From Pseudovirgaria hyperparasitica (taxonomy: Eukaryota): a stretch of DNA of 64,000 nt. Position 1 is the stretch's first letter; each line of letters starts with the position of its first letter. This document shows positions 12,883 to 25,278 of this stretch, one piece after another. The notes below the pieces were generated by a model, which ran no database searches, was not told the DNA's origin, and worked only from the letters and a program-made list of their open reading frames with translations. Location of the stretch: assembly GCA_010093815.1 (NCBI GenBank), contig ML996588.1; one strand, given 5' to 3'. Position numbers and translations under genes: made by a program.

Positions 12883-13772
12883 ATGCGGAACCTTGCATTC
12901 AAGGCCGGTACACTCGCCCGTGTGTGCTCACGGCAGCAATTGCCCTCTGTACATGCCTCGGGCGCTGCCGTCCAGCAAATCCAGCAGAAGAAAAACGCTT
13001 CCTCCTTCGACAACCCCTTCCGTGAGACTCAGACCACAAAGATACCTAGCTTCGACAAATATAGAAACAGTGGAGGAGAGTCGAGCGCGAAGGTCTTTCA
13101 GTATTTCATGGTGGGAACGATGGGCGCTGTGACTGCGCTGGGCGCAAAGAACACCGTGCAAGGTGCGTAACAATCAATTGACGCTCTACATCATCCTCTT
13201 AAGCTCGCGGACACCTATGGAATATCTTGTGGAGGCTAACGCTACTGTCTCGTTAGACTTCCTCGTCAACATGTCCGCATCAGCAGACGTTTTGGCCATG
13301 GCGAAGGTCGAGCTCGACCTTTCCGCAATTCCCGAGGGCAAGAATGTAGGAAATCTTGTCGTAGATTATGAAATCGTATACTGAATCACAAAAGGTCATT
13401 ATTAAGTGGCGTGGCAAGCCTATCTTTGTTCGCCACCGTACCGAGGATGAAATAAAGGAAGCCGACGAGACAAAGTGGGAAAGTCTGAGAGACCCCCAGC
13501 CCGATTCAGACCGAGTCAAGAAGCCAGAATGGTTAATTATGTTGGGTATGTCTTCTCAAATGGTATTTTTGGCCAAGCTAACACCAACAGGTGTATGCAC
13601 TCACTTGGGTTGTGTGCCCATTGGTGAGGCTGGGGACTTTGGTGGATGGTTTTGTCCTTGCCACGGTTCGCATTACGATATATCCGGCCGTATACGAAAA
13701 GGACCTGCTCCTCTCAATCTCGAAATCCCTGAATATGACTTCCCCGAGGAGGGGACTGTTGTCATTGGTTAA
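12883..13772 (+). CDS. RIP1: Cytochrome bc1 Rieske iron-sulfur subunit
   Basis: Mitochondrial presequence, FQYFMVG transmembrane helix, [17 protein letters not shown], and the 2Fe-2S motifs CTHLGC and CPCHGS; three introns. Confidence 0.97.
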
Positions 13773-15345
13773 GAACACAATTGTAGATACGGGGTGTACT
13801 TATAGCAACAGAGGAAGAGCGTCTCATTTGTGCTACTTGATTCACTGAGGCATAGAGGTGTTGCGAAATACATTTACAATTTTTGTCAAACGGCCCTGCC
13901 GTTGGTTGTTGGGATATCATGAGATAGACTGTTCGAGACGACATGAAAGTGACCGGCAGGCACCATTCCAGCAATCGCGCAAATCAGTGCTACACCAGCT
14001 ATGTAAAGACTTCACTAACATACTACCTCTGATCAACTGACTAGTGGTGTGCTTTCTTCCTCACGGGTCTTGCCGAGTAAAATTTCGGATTCAACAATTG
14101 AAACACGACCCGTCATGACAATCAATAGTACAAAGATTTTAGATGCAATGCTTACAATGTTAGCCGGGCTCTCGGCGTGGGTGGTCATAGTCAACTATCA
14201 CTGTAACTGCTCACATTCACTGCTTATCCTTGCACAATCACAATCTACGGAATTGTTGATTTGGTGCGGCACAAAGTTCCAGAACTGTGATTCGCAGTCC
14301 CTCTGCATAATCGACACATGAGGTAGACTTCTACTTATACACAGTCCTCATACCCTTTGTTACGCCCGGAGCAATAGTACATTATATCTACCTCTCATAT
14401 ACATGACTTCTCACTATAACGAGAATCTATGAGGCTCCATCTGCTGAGGGATCTCGAAAAGCAAAGACTAAAAGGCTACGCAAGCATCGCTCTGACACAT
14501 ACAAAATCAAGTTTCAAAGTCAAAACAGTTCAACCTCGGAGGGTCCATTTGGTCTCGCTAACTTCCTGGGAATGGGCAGACGCTACCATGAGGCCTTGAA
14601 GATCTTGACCGATTGTTCACTCGTACCACTACGGAGCATTAACTGGAGAGCCGTACCTTGAGTTCCAGCTTGGAAAAGGTCTTAGCTGAATCACCATCCA
14701 AAGCAATGTTGATACTAGAAAGTTCGATTCATGTACGCATCGAAAATATGAGTACACGTTACTCTCTGGCTATATGAGTTCGTACAACTCGAAGAGACTA
14801 CAGGTCAAGGACAAGAAGACAATGATTTTCGCATCAGCTGCGCAAGTAAATCTCGTTCAACCATAATGCTTTATCTCGTCATCCAAAAACTCGGATCAGC
14901 CCGTCGGATGATCGCCATACCGCCTTGCGCTATCGGAAGGTGTTCGTATACTGCCGATCACTTCTCAGTCTTCGACACCTCAGGAAACCAATCACATTCT
15001 CGACTATCGTTCACTTCTACATAGGTGTACTGCCACTAAGTATAGCTCTCGCGTAAAGTCTTGTCGGTATGCAAACCAGGAACAGATACAGGCGAAGCGT
15101 ACGCCACCCGCGTAAAGGCGTCTAGAGGGTGGTAGTACATGACGAGCGCGAATGAGCTAAGATCTGCTTGGGAGTGAGGCTCTAGCCAATGTAAAGTCCC
15201 CAAGACGACATGCAGGTCGTCGAAAGGATCTCTTCGTCTATGGATGAAGATCTTTTGACAGACACTGTGGCTCCATTGATTAGCCTATGTTTTTTGTGTT
15301 CCCCGAGCGTTGACGGAGATGGACCAAACAAAACTTGACCAAAAA

Positions 15346-15354
15346 TATATAAAA
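15346..15354 (+). promoter_or_regulatory. TATA box of the small secreted-protein gene
   Basis: TATATAAAA about 70 bp upstream of ATG 15423. Confidence 0.5.
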
Positions 15355-15422
15355 ACGTCGGTGCCCCTTAGCTACCTCTTCTGTTCACAAGTCCCAACCT
15401 CGTTCCTTGCTACAATATCGAT

Positions 15423-15950
15423 ATGAAGGTAAGAATATTAAATGCCACTCATACATTACAGTATTCAAAGATTAATGTATATCAGTTCCTTAGCACCATT
15501 GTTGTGTCCATCGCTGCCACTCTGGCAACAGCGACCCCAATTGAACAACGATCCGGATCTCCTCTCACTCAAGCACAAGCCGAAGCTCGCCTTCAACCGC
15601 AAGGTATCTCTGCAATCTCTTCCGGCGGCTGCACCGACAAGACGAATCCTAAATGTACATCGTACGCGGGTATTCTCAGCGGAACTGTGGACGGAGCCAT
15701 AACACTTAAAGGCGCATGTGGTTGTGACATCACTATCACCGGTGGTACCGAGACTGGACATGCAGGCGGCACGTATAGTCATGCCAACGGCTATAAATTC
15801 GATTTCAGGAAGAATACAGCGCTGAACAACTATGTCACGCAGACTTTCACACGCATCGCAGACCGTGGAGACGGATATCCGCAGTGGAAGAGCGCGGCTG
15901 GGAATATCTACTGCGATGAAGGTAATCATTGGGATGTGACGTATTATTGA
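15423..15950 (+). CDS. Small secreted Cys-containing protein with M15/LAS (Hedgehog/DD-peptidase-like) zinc-site motifs
   Basis: Removing intron 15429-15485 gives signal peptide MKFLSTIVVSIAATLATA. The mature part has SHANGYKFD (H-x6-D) and EGNH (E-x-x-H). Confidence 0.75.
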   Translation: MKVRILNATHTLQYSKINVYQFLSTIVVSIAATLATATPIEQRSGSPLTQAQAEARLQPQGISAISSGGCTDKTNPKCTSYAGILSGTVDGAITLKGACGCDITITGGTETGHAGGTYSHANGYKFDFRKNTALNNYVTQTFTRIADRGDGYPQWKSAAGNIYCDEGNHWDVTYY

Positions 15951-16050
15951 GTTTAGCATTCAGTCGCAAATGAAGTATACATGATGTGGCATATACCTAT
16001 CTTTATAACATGCCTTCCTGTGTGTATGTATGTCTTGTAGTCGCCTTTGG

Positions 16051-16540
16051 TTACTTTGAACCCTCCCCGAGCCAGGATTCGACTTCGATCTCAAAATGCA
16101 TGGCTGGCGACCCCAACTCCTTGACGCCAACCTCCGTCCATACTGCCGCATGCCCTGGCATCCATTTCCGCAGTTCTCCAACAATTAGGTCTGTTTGCGA
16201 AGGGATGTCTGTCGAGTACGTGACTACCTTGTACACCTGGTCCCAGCCTGTACCTCCAGCATGCTTAAGGGCGACTTCAACATTGGCGAATGCTTGGTGA
16301 ATCTCGTCAGCAAGCGAGCCGGGTATGAATGAATGATCGAGACTCGGATCAGGGTTGTGAGGATCCCAGCCTCCTGTAGGTGAGTCAGTAAACGCTACAG
16401 GAAAATAAGGTGATTGAGGAGCATCTACCTTGACCCGAAATCACGAGACGGTCACCAACGCGAACAGCTTGTGTAAAAGACATGCTCTGGCGAGCAAAGG
16501 TACCCCAGCCGGGATAGTCGTACGATTGAAGGTTGGACAT
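16051..16540 (-). CDS. RidA/YjgF/YER057c/UK114 family protein
   Basis: MSNLQSYDYPGWG...FTQAVRVGDRLVISGQG (intron) GWDP...EIHQAFANVEVAL...W.EVGVKELG...FEIEVES. Confidence 0.85.
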
Positions 16541-17202
16541 GGTAAGTGCTTGCTAATACAATAATGACTTAGGAGTGCTTAGATGTTACAGGTTTTTGTC
16601 TTCAACTGCTTGTGGAATAGGGAATTCGAATATGGCGGAACCTCCTCTCCCTTTATATAATTTCAGGCCAACACTTCTACTAGGTGTGCTCGGACAATTC
16701 TCAGTAGAAAATTCTCCTGTTGGACCAGTAGCATGTTATAGTGCTGACCGAATAAATGCTGATGGATACCGCTCCAGAGCTGAAGCATATGCTAAGACTC
16801 GTATCCATATACCCCTCAATTGATCAACTGATCACTTACTATTTTGATTGTATATTTTAGCCGCCAAGTTATTGTGCCTGGCACATTGACCATCGAAGGA
16901 AGGCTACATACTCCTAGCTGAACTGAATGTGGTTTAGTGTGGCTACTGCGATGGATTACGGAATCGCATCGCTGACAAATGCTTCTATGAATGCATCAAA
17001 CAGCCATGGGATTCAACGGTGCTCGTGTTGGGTGACTACCAGGTAATCACATATACATGGCGCTCATTTCTGCCTCCAAGACTGCAAGATTTGACTCGAA
17101 CTCGAGAAAGCACGAAGGACAGAGGTTCGAAGACTCACGAGTTTTCATGGTCATGCGTGAAGTAACCAAAAAAGAAAGGTAGCAAGGGGAGTCTAATATC
17201 CT

Positions 17203-19197
17203 CTATCGCACTCTACACAGCTTCCCGTTCTGCGTCCAAACTCCCTGGTCGCCGTCTCTGACTTCCCAGTCTTCGCTTCCCACCGCAGTGGTCGCGTAGA
17301 ACACTGCCCACGGATCCCACTTTCTCTTCAGCTCTTTCAACCTGCCATACTGCTCTCCGTAGAAGCTGCTCTGCCATTCAGGCTCCATGATATGAGCTTC
17401 GTTCAGATAGCTGCCTCCACCTGCACTTTCTGGCGCGGCGGCTCGCCACCGACCCGTCACCATGTTCAGCTCTTCAGAACCTGTTTTAATCTGCGCTGGT
17501 GTCGCATGTTCAGGAAGTACGACATTCGTTATGTGCAGACTCACAGCTTGTCTAAAGGCAGATGATACGGCGTTGTCCTGTCTCAGAGGATTCCCAGGTG
17601 CCATCGCGAAGCCGATCGTCAAGTAGCCGGCCTCTACGTTTTTGCGCACGGCGTCGAACGTGGCGGCAAACTTGATCTTATCGACAAAGTTTGAGCGTGG
17701 GAATAGCCTGTTCCCAGGCATAACGGTCGTCGAACCAATGGGGTTGTCGTCGCCAAAGTTGGCATCATAGGCTGAGTAGAAATCTTCATAATAAGTTGTA
17801 TTCGGGGTGAACGGTACATTTAGTCGGCGCAGTTGAGCAAACCATGGATCAACGAGAGCGGTGAATTGAGTGGGCGTGTAGTCGGGTGCGAAAAATGGGA
17901 TAATTTGCAGGCTGAGTGTACCTCCGGTGTTGGTGATGAAGAAGTAGACATAGCTGCCGGCATCCGTGAAGCGGGTGAAATTCTCATAAAAAGACTTCAC
18001 GGCAGCCCAGAAAGTCCCTCTGCTGACGGTAGAGGAGGTACTAATGGTGAACCGAGAGGTTGTGACCGGGGTCTTCGGGTGGACTCTTATAAGAGCTGAT
18101 GTGACAACACCATAGGTGCTCCCACCACCACCTCGAAGTGCCCAGTAAAGGTCAGGATTTTGCTCAGAAGACGCCGTGACGAATTTTCCGTCGGCTGTGA
18201 CGACCTCGAAAGCGAGCACCTGGTCTGCGGCCATACCGTACTTCGATGAAAGTGAGCTGTGGCCGCCGCCCTGTATGTAGCCTCCCGCGAGACCAACATT
18301 GGGGCAAATACCGCCAATGGCTGTCACCCCATGCTTCTGCGCTGCGATATATACATCTCGTACCAGAACACCTGCGCTGATCTTCATTGCTGGCCCCTGA
18401 TATTCTTTATTTTTGAAAGTCCTAACGAATCGAATGTCTCTCAAGCCGTGTGTCCACACGCTCAAACCCCCGGCACCACTCGATTTACCAAGATAACAAT
18501 GCCCAGTATTCTTGATGACCAGCCGCATATTGGCATTTCTAGCAAAGTTGACTGAGAGTTGGATCTGAGCGACATTTTCGACCTTTACTGCATAACTCGG
18601 ATAACCGCCCAGCGAACAATTTGAAGTCCCGTTCTGCCCATCAATCGGCAGACACGTTCGACCTTGGAATATGGGCCACATCATCGATGTTGGATCCGCT
18701 TCACTATTTCGTTGATCAGTTGTATCTTGTTCAAACCGCAAGCTTGACCCTTACTGTAGTTCTGTCGTGCCGAAATTTTCCATCACAGCGTCGCACTTCT
18801 CCTTACTGTATATTCCAAAGTCCTGGTAGCACGGCGCCGCGATCGGCACGGTCGGGACCAACGCACCTCCAAGTAAGAAGTCGAAAGCTTGCCATTCTTG
18901 TGGCGACGGCCAATTGTGATCTCCAGGAAATACTTTGCACTGCCCTATGGCTACGGGTCGCTTTTCCGCTGATGAAATGTTGTTCTCGAAGCCGAATAAC
19001 TGCGTGAAGTTGACCGGAGCATCCACTGCATTGATGCGTCGAATAGATGCGTCCGTTACTTGAATCATTTCAGCATCGAAAAGGCTCACCCCTGAAGACG
19101 ACTTTGCTGGAACTTTGGTGACGGCCGGAGGTGTGGCACAGGCAGGCGCTATGGAAAGTTCGACCACTAACAGAACAAAAGTAGAGGCACAAAGCAT
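17203..19197 (-). CDS. Secreted FAD-linked oxidase (berberine-bridge/AA7-like, isoamyl alcohol oxidase type)
   Basis: Signal peptide, CKVFPGD..WPS, KNTGHCYLGKSSG (flavinylation His), GGYIQGGGHS, LYWALRGGGG and SYLNEA...LKRKWDP; one intron near 18705-18755. Confidence 0.9.
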
Positions 19198-19850
19198 TGT
19201 GAAGATCGAAACTCGGCAGTCAGAATTAATCTTGCCATTCGCTTTGTCTTATGTATCCAGTCACTTTGGTGTCGTGTCGATAGGGTCGGTGTTTGCTAGT
19301 TCATTACATGCGGGGTGCAAGTGATCTGCATAGAAGTTAAATCCTTCTCGGCGAAGGCTAGCTGAATCAATTATTTCTATGAGGAGGTCAAATTGAGTTC
19401 CGCTACTTTACAACTTACGAACACGCTTGCTGGGCTGACCGGTCCCTAGAGACGCAGTACATGTAGCGTCTCACCACTCAACAGGAATTTCCAGATGGTG
19501 ATGATGTAGTGGTTCAAAAGAAGTCTAGATATCTTGCAAGTGTTCTAGTGGCTGCCAATTAAATCCGTATCAAAAGTACAGTCTGTTCGTTCTCCGTGTG
19601 CCGCCATTGATATATTTGCTTGTATTGTTGTGATATGCAACAATGCGGGATTCTGTCAATGTTTGCCTCTTTTTATAACGTCAGGAATACGTAGCTGTTT
19701 TTGAACAACTCTGCTGAGGACGGAAAGGATGTCTTCGATTCATAAAAAGCCTATGAGACGTAACCTATCCGATCGTGCTTACATCCTATGACGCCAACCT
19801 TGAACTCAGACTTAGGGAAATGCCAGATAATCTTACTATGACAGATCAGT

Positions 19851-20675
19851 CTACCAAAAGAGACAGACTGCACCCACAGCCACGACAGCGCTCAATGCGC
19901 TTCCAGCGATCTTATCTGCAGCGTCAGTGCTTACTGGCATCCCCGTGGGTGTGGGGGTCATACCTCCAGGCGACGTCACGGCCGAATTGTTCACAACGCG
20001 GAAGTAGTTTCCGAGAATTGGAGTATTCAAACCAGCCGCAGCGATGAAGCCGGTTGTGTTGAACCCTCGCCGCATTTGTACCGCCTGCTGTTGGCTGTCT
20101 GGCACCGAGAAGTTTTCTGGCTGTGGGAACAATAATTGAACGTATCGATGAGGGACGGGAGGGTTTTCTGCCGGAGGCGCAGGTCTGATATATGGTGCCG
20201 GAGCGGAGGTTGTCTCGGATGAAGTCAATGTGCCATTCGGGGTGAACGAATAGCCTGGGACAAGAGCGTGGAGGAGCTGGACACGGCCGGCCGAGGCATT
20301 CCCAAGCTGGGCTGGGACATCCAGGTCTACGACGAGGTGGTGTTATTATTCCGTTAGACCGGACTCGAGGCTTTTGCAACTTACCAATCATCATGAAGAT
20401 GTATTGACCTGAGATATTCCCGCTTGCAGCGAGAGTAGGGATGCTCTGCGTGACTATCACGGTCTTAGTATTGCAAGGTCGTATTGGCCTCTCAAGTACC
20501 GTGACTTGCCCTCTCGAGCCAACGTAATACCAGCAGGGCTCACGACTGTCGAGCCAAAAGTTACAGACAGCATGTCTGAGACCGCAGGCTGAAACCCATC
20601 AGGGGTTTGTGCTATTGCCAGTGGGAGCGCCGAGGTGGCAGCAAGAAGGCCAATGTTACGGATGGAACAGCGCAT
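19851..20675 (-). CDS. Secreted, probably GPI-anchored PEBP-family protein
   Basis: Signal peptide ending AQTPDGF, then YIFMMI|DLDVP, LLHAL, YIRPAPP...HRYVQLLF, and a Ser/Thr linker with hydrophobic C-terminus; two introns. Confidence 0.8.
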
Positions 20676-21298
20676 AACAGATAATGTCTGCAGTAGTCGA
20701 AGGGTGAAATCGTATAATAACAATAGCCGTCAGGCGTGTGAGAAGAAATCGAGCAGGTACCGGCTATAACTCGTAGATGGATCCATGGTGTTAGTTAGGG
20801 TCAGGGTCCTTGGATGATGATGACGCCAGAGATTCAGTGGGTTGTCCAGCCGCTTTCATCCGAGACGAGGTATACTCCACATACTATTTACCCTTCACTG
20901 ACTCGCATCTCTTCTAGCAAACAGGGTTGAGATCATAAACTCCCGCCACGACTACTGGAAGTTCCGCAGATGATTGCTCGTCTCTGCATGGTTTCAGTGG
21001 ACGCGCTCCAGGGACACAGGAAGTGCCCAATGATAACGCAACATCAGTCTCCGCATATTCTACGGATATATTAAAGATTCTCGGTCTGGCATAGGCAAAT
21101 TGACATGACGAGTCCAGGGAAACTCATCAGTCCACACTGCTCCCGATCTCACGTTGCCCCGCCCCACAACGATCATTATACAGCGACTCAGCTACAGGCC
21201 GATTTTCGCATGATGTCCGTTATCACAGCCTTTGTGTAGGCCTGTATTGAGGTTCTTGTATTATATTGCTTGGACGAAAGAAGCCGATCCGAGGATTT

Positions 21299-21925
21299 TC
21301 ACGCACGCTTTCCTACAGCTTCTCTTACCGCTGCATCTGCCATACCCATGAGTTCTTCCTTATCTTCCCAAGATGAGCTCGAGCATATGCACAATAGGTC
21401 ATCGTAAGATGCATTGTGAACAATAAGGTGGCCGCAGATGTACCTATGCAACCCGCAAAACGGACCACCAGGCTGGAAAGATTCACGCTCTCCTAATAAT
21501 GGCATTTCTGTGGTTGCTACTTTTGTGGAGCATCTTTGAAATCTGTTTCATGTCTGTCATAACTTTGGCTTAGTCTGAGATATAGCATGCCAAGTATCGT
21601 GTACGTATCCGTATGCGACCGGGTTTGCTTTCGGGCTTGCATACATGGCCTGCGGGAATTGGGCTTTTCGCAGTTGCTGGGTAAAGAATACCGGGTGGCG
21701 CGTAGCGCTGTCATAAGGCATGAACAAAGTATGCGGCTTCGAGTGTTGCGCAGGTGGCATCGCTTCTATCTGAGACCGCGGCCTCTGCTGTATGGAGTCT
21801 CGAGAGAGCGACACAGGTGCAGGTTGCGGAGGCTGCACCGTTCAACATCAGCGATCACAATGATGAAGAGTCAAAGTGAAGGGCTTCTGTACCTTAGGTC
21901 TATTAGGCTGAGACCTTGAAATCAT
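21299..21925 (-). CDS. Possible small spliced hypothetical gene
   Basis: Short ORF pieces can be joined by plausible GT-AG introns (MISRSQPNRPK|PPQPAPV...; last piece FCGLHRYICGH...CIC). No family recognised. Confidence 0.3.
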
Positions 21926-22505
21926 TCTCCTTGAACGCGAGACGAACAGTGACTAGACGAGGATTTCTAGTGCTAGTGCGATTCGGGGGAAGGTGAAGTA
22001 GTTGTAGGTCAGTGGGAACTGAAGTCAAGAATCACACTCAGATGTATTCACTCTGTCATATCGCAGTGTGCTTTGTATGAAGGAATCTGTCCCGGCAAGC
22101 CATTACATGATTACAGCTGGCTGTTACGCCGACCAGACCCGAGCCACAGCCAGACTAATCCAGAAACGGTTAGAGTACAAGCCTCAAACGGAGCAATCCC
22201 AGACAGCCGGTTGCCGGTCCATTGGATCGGATCGTCCTATCGGAGGCCGGGTTTGAGTTGGGAATTTGCACATTCAATGCATCTATTACATCTCTGTCAT
22301 CGACTTCCGCTCACACCATATCTTATAGATGCTCTCTATATCAGCTACTTCCTGGGGCACGACAGTACGGGGTCTTTCTCACTGGATACTGTTAAGTCAG
22401 GCTGTCCTCATGTCGTAAAGAAGAATTCGAGACCCGGCTTCAACATCTACACTTTCTTCCAATCTTCTAGAGAAAGGGTATCCAACGCTGTATGGGAGGC
22501 TCATT

Positions 22506-24549
22506 ATGCGCAAATTGTCTCGTGATTCGCGCTACATCACTCAACGTGTATTCAGACGAACAACGAGCTCCGACATCCGAAATCATCCTCTTATAAAGAT
22601 CTCTAATGGCACATTTTACCAGCTGCACCCTCAGACGAAGCCGTCAGGGTGCATCACTTCGGCTCCAAGGCCACTGTTTGAGAACTTGAGCATTTCCATC
22701 CCCTCCTTCACAACGCCAAACCAGCACTGGGCTATACTGAGCCCTTCCTCCACAGTGCGAACTTCTTTCTTAAAAATTCTCCATGGGCAAATGATATGTC
22801 AACCTCCGACAGCACGGACTTATCCCTATCTCACCACAAGGGCCTCTGCAACCCATACACAGAACATTCGATCTCCCGAGAGGTCTATTACTTACGTGGG
22901 CTTCGATAATGATAAGAAGTCTTTTGGTGGCGCTTATTTGAGTGCGCGGTACGAAAGTCGTGTCGAGGAAACTGATTTCACTCTTCAGCAGTATCTCACC
23001 GGCGATACTCAACTCAATCCCAGTGCGGACTGCATGCAACCAAACACACTAGCCGAAGAGGTCTCCATCGCGGTAGCGACCGACCTAGACCTTATGAAGT
23101 TGCTCAAAAAGCCCGTCAACATGCTCAGTAATGGTCAATCGAGACGGGCGAGAATTGGTAAAGCACTGCTCACCAAGCCAGAATTACTTCTCCTGGATGC
23201 GCCTTTCATAGGTCTAGACCCTTTCGTAACAGAGCAAATCTCCTCACTACTTGAGCGCCTGTCAAACACATTGCAGCCACGAATCTTCATAGCTTTGCGC
23301 CCGCAAGATGTCATTCCCGCATGGATAACGCATATTATATATGCTAACAGGAACAGCAAAGTTATGTGCCTAGGCCCTCGAGAGGATGTGATGGATGTAC
23401 TCCGGCAAGAATATGAGGCTGTTGAAGCCATGGACTCTTATTCTTCCCTCAGTGCCGATAAGCTCGAGACTCTAGAAGTAGGGCGCCATCTTGTACGTAA
23501 GGGTGACTTCATTCGAAATAATGCGCGCGTCCAGCGCAGCATAAGTGTGGACGGATACCATCATACCGACCCAGTTGACCATGCAACTAGCGAGGTCCTT
23601 GTGGAGATGAAAGGTGTGAACGTGAAATATGGCGATAACTCTGTGCTTGGAGACTGGTCTCAGATAGTTGACAGTCGGGAGCAGAAAGGTTTATGGTGGA
23701 ATGTGCGAAGAGGGGAACGATGGGGGATTTTTGGTGCCAATGGTATATCAAGTGCACGAGCAAGGTCTTTGATATTTGTGCTGAAACATTGCAGGTTCTG
23801 GGAAGACAACGCTCTTGTCATTGATCACGTCTGATCATCCTCAAACGTACTCTGCCCCAGTCAAGCTCTTTGGGCGCGCTCGCCTACCTTCTCCAGGTCG
23901 ACCTGGGATTTCCATTTTCGACATTCAATCACGAATAGGCCACGCGTCGCCAGAAGTACATGCTCTCTTTCCTCGACACCTCACTATACGTGGTACTCTT
24001 GAGAGCGCCTTCGGGGATACTCCTCTCACAAAACCTAGACTAGATCCGTTCGCTGTGGCAAGGGTGAATGCATGCCTGGCGTGGTTTTCTGAGGAGCTTA
24101 ATCCCGGGTACAAACCGAGGGCAAGTCATGATCTGCACTGGTCAGTAGCAGCAAACTTTGCAGATCTCTCGTTCTCGTCGCAGCGAGTCCTTCTCTTCTT
24201 GCGGGCTTTGGTGCGTCAGCCAGACATAATTATCCTTGACGAAGCTTTTAGTGGAATGGATGATACGGTCCGCACTAAATGTCTTCTGTTCCTGAGCTGG
24301 GGCGAAACTAAGACTTTACACGATGATGCTTACATGGCCGATAAGCCTGTCGTGAACGGGATCAATGCAAACCAGGCGCTGTTGTGTGTCAGTCATAGTA
24401 TGGATGATGTACCTGGGTGTGTTAGACAATGGATCTGCTTACCGGAATCGGGTACAGGCTCACCAAGGATTGGAAAGCTTAATGGGCCCGTTGGCCTGGA
24501 CGCTCGACGATGGGACAACATATGGAACTATGGCGGCAGTGTGATGTAG
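22506..24549 (+). CDS. Soluble twin-NBD ABC ATPase, ModF/YDR061W-like
   Basis: First NBD has LSNGQSRR and LLLLDAPF. Second has GANG|SGKT across the intron at ~23743-23794, LSFSSQR and IILDEAF. No transmembrane domain. Confidence 0.88.
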
Positions 24550-25278
24550 CCACGAAGTTTGCATACTCGTATTATACTCTGCCTGCCTCATACGAGCACC
24601 GAGTCGATCAGCAGGCTGTAGCTCAACACTTACGGAAGTACCTGAGTAATAGTGGCTTGACAACGACTACCAATCAAGATATGGGGCTCGTAATCTGACA
24701 CTCAGCTTTGGGACCCGCTATCAAACGTGGGACCCAATCCTCGTTTGTTCCATACCGTATTCCATCGTCGAGATTACCAACCTTTGCATTGGAGAATGAT
24801 CTTACTGCTGCCTTGGCTCAAATCGATCGACGCTTGCTGCCGTGCGGAAGTTGCCGAACTGGTAATAACCAGGCAAAAGAGTGCATTATCAGACGCTAAT
24901 GCGGCATTAATGCTTTCTACCGCCCTTCCTTTATGCATAACCATCCTCGACGAATAGAAATGGCAGAACCGAGATGAGTTGGCTGCATCCTTCCGTAGTA
25001 TCTGATGCCCCTTCGGAAGTTCCAATATCAACGCAAACGCCGACCGAACAAGCACAAAGTCCTTGCAAGGGTCATGATACAACAGTCTGTGAGCTACGTA
25101 TGATCTTCGATATGCAGCTTTGAGCGCTGAGGCTTGAATCGAGGTCTCTGTCCATGCACCTCGACCGCTGTCCTCTTTGCGTAGTCTGCTTCAGGGACTA
25201 CGGCATAAGTTCTTCCAGCTCTGAGGTCGGAACCTGACAATTAATTGGACAGCCACCAAACTCTATACACCCGCATTC

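Noticed and set aside
12883..13772. Rieske gene as a self-resistance copy for the cluster
   Set aside because: It lies ~13 kb from the cluster among unrelated genes and looks like the ordinary housekeeping gene; no sign of duplication in this window.
13850..15300. Gene or pseudogene between RIP1 and the secreted protein
   Set aside because: Only short ORFs, with no recognisable motif or consistent splice model.
17203..19197. Second FAD oxidase as a cluster member
   Set aside because: About 7.6 kb and several unrelated genes separate it from the first cluster P450; membership cannot be supported without expression data.
22506..24549. ABC exporter for the cluster product
   Set aside because: It has only nucleotide-binding domains and is a conserved ModF/YDR061W type, separated from the cluster by the SINE.
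24560..25260. Gene disrupted by the SINE insertion
   Set aside because: The 102-aa minus-strand ORF is closed upstream by a stop, shows no family motif, and I could not continue it across the insertion.
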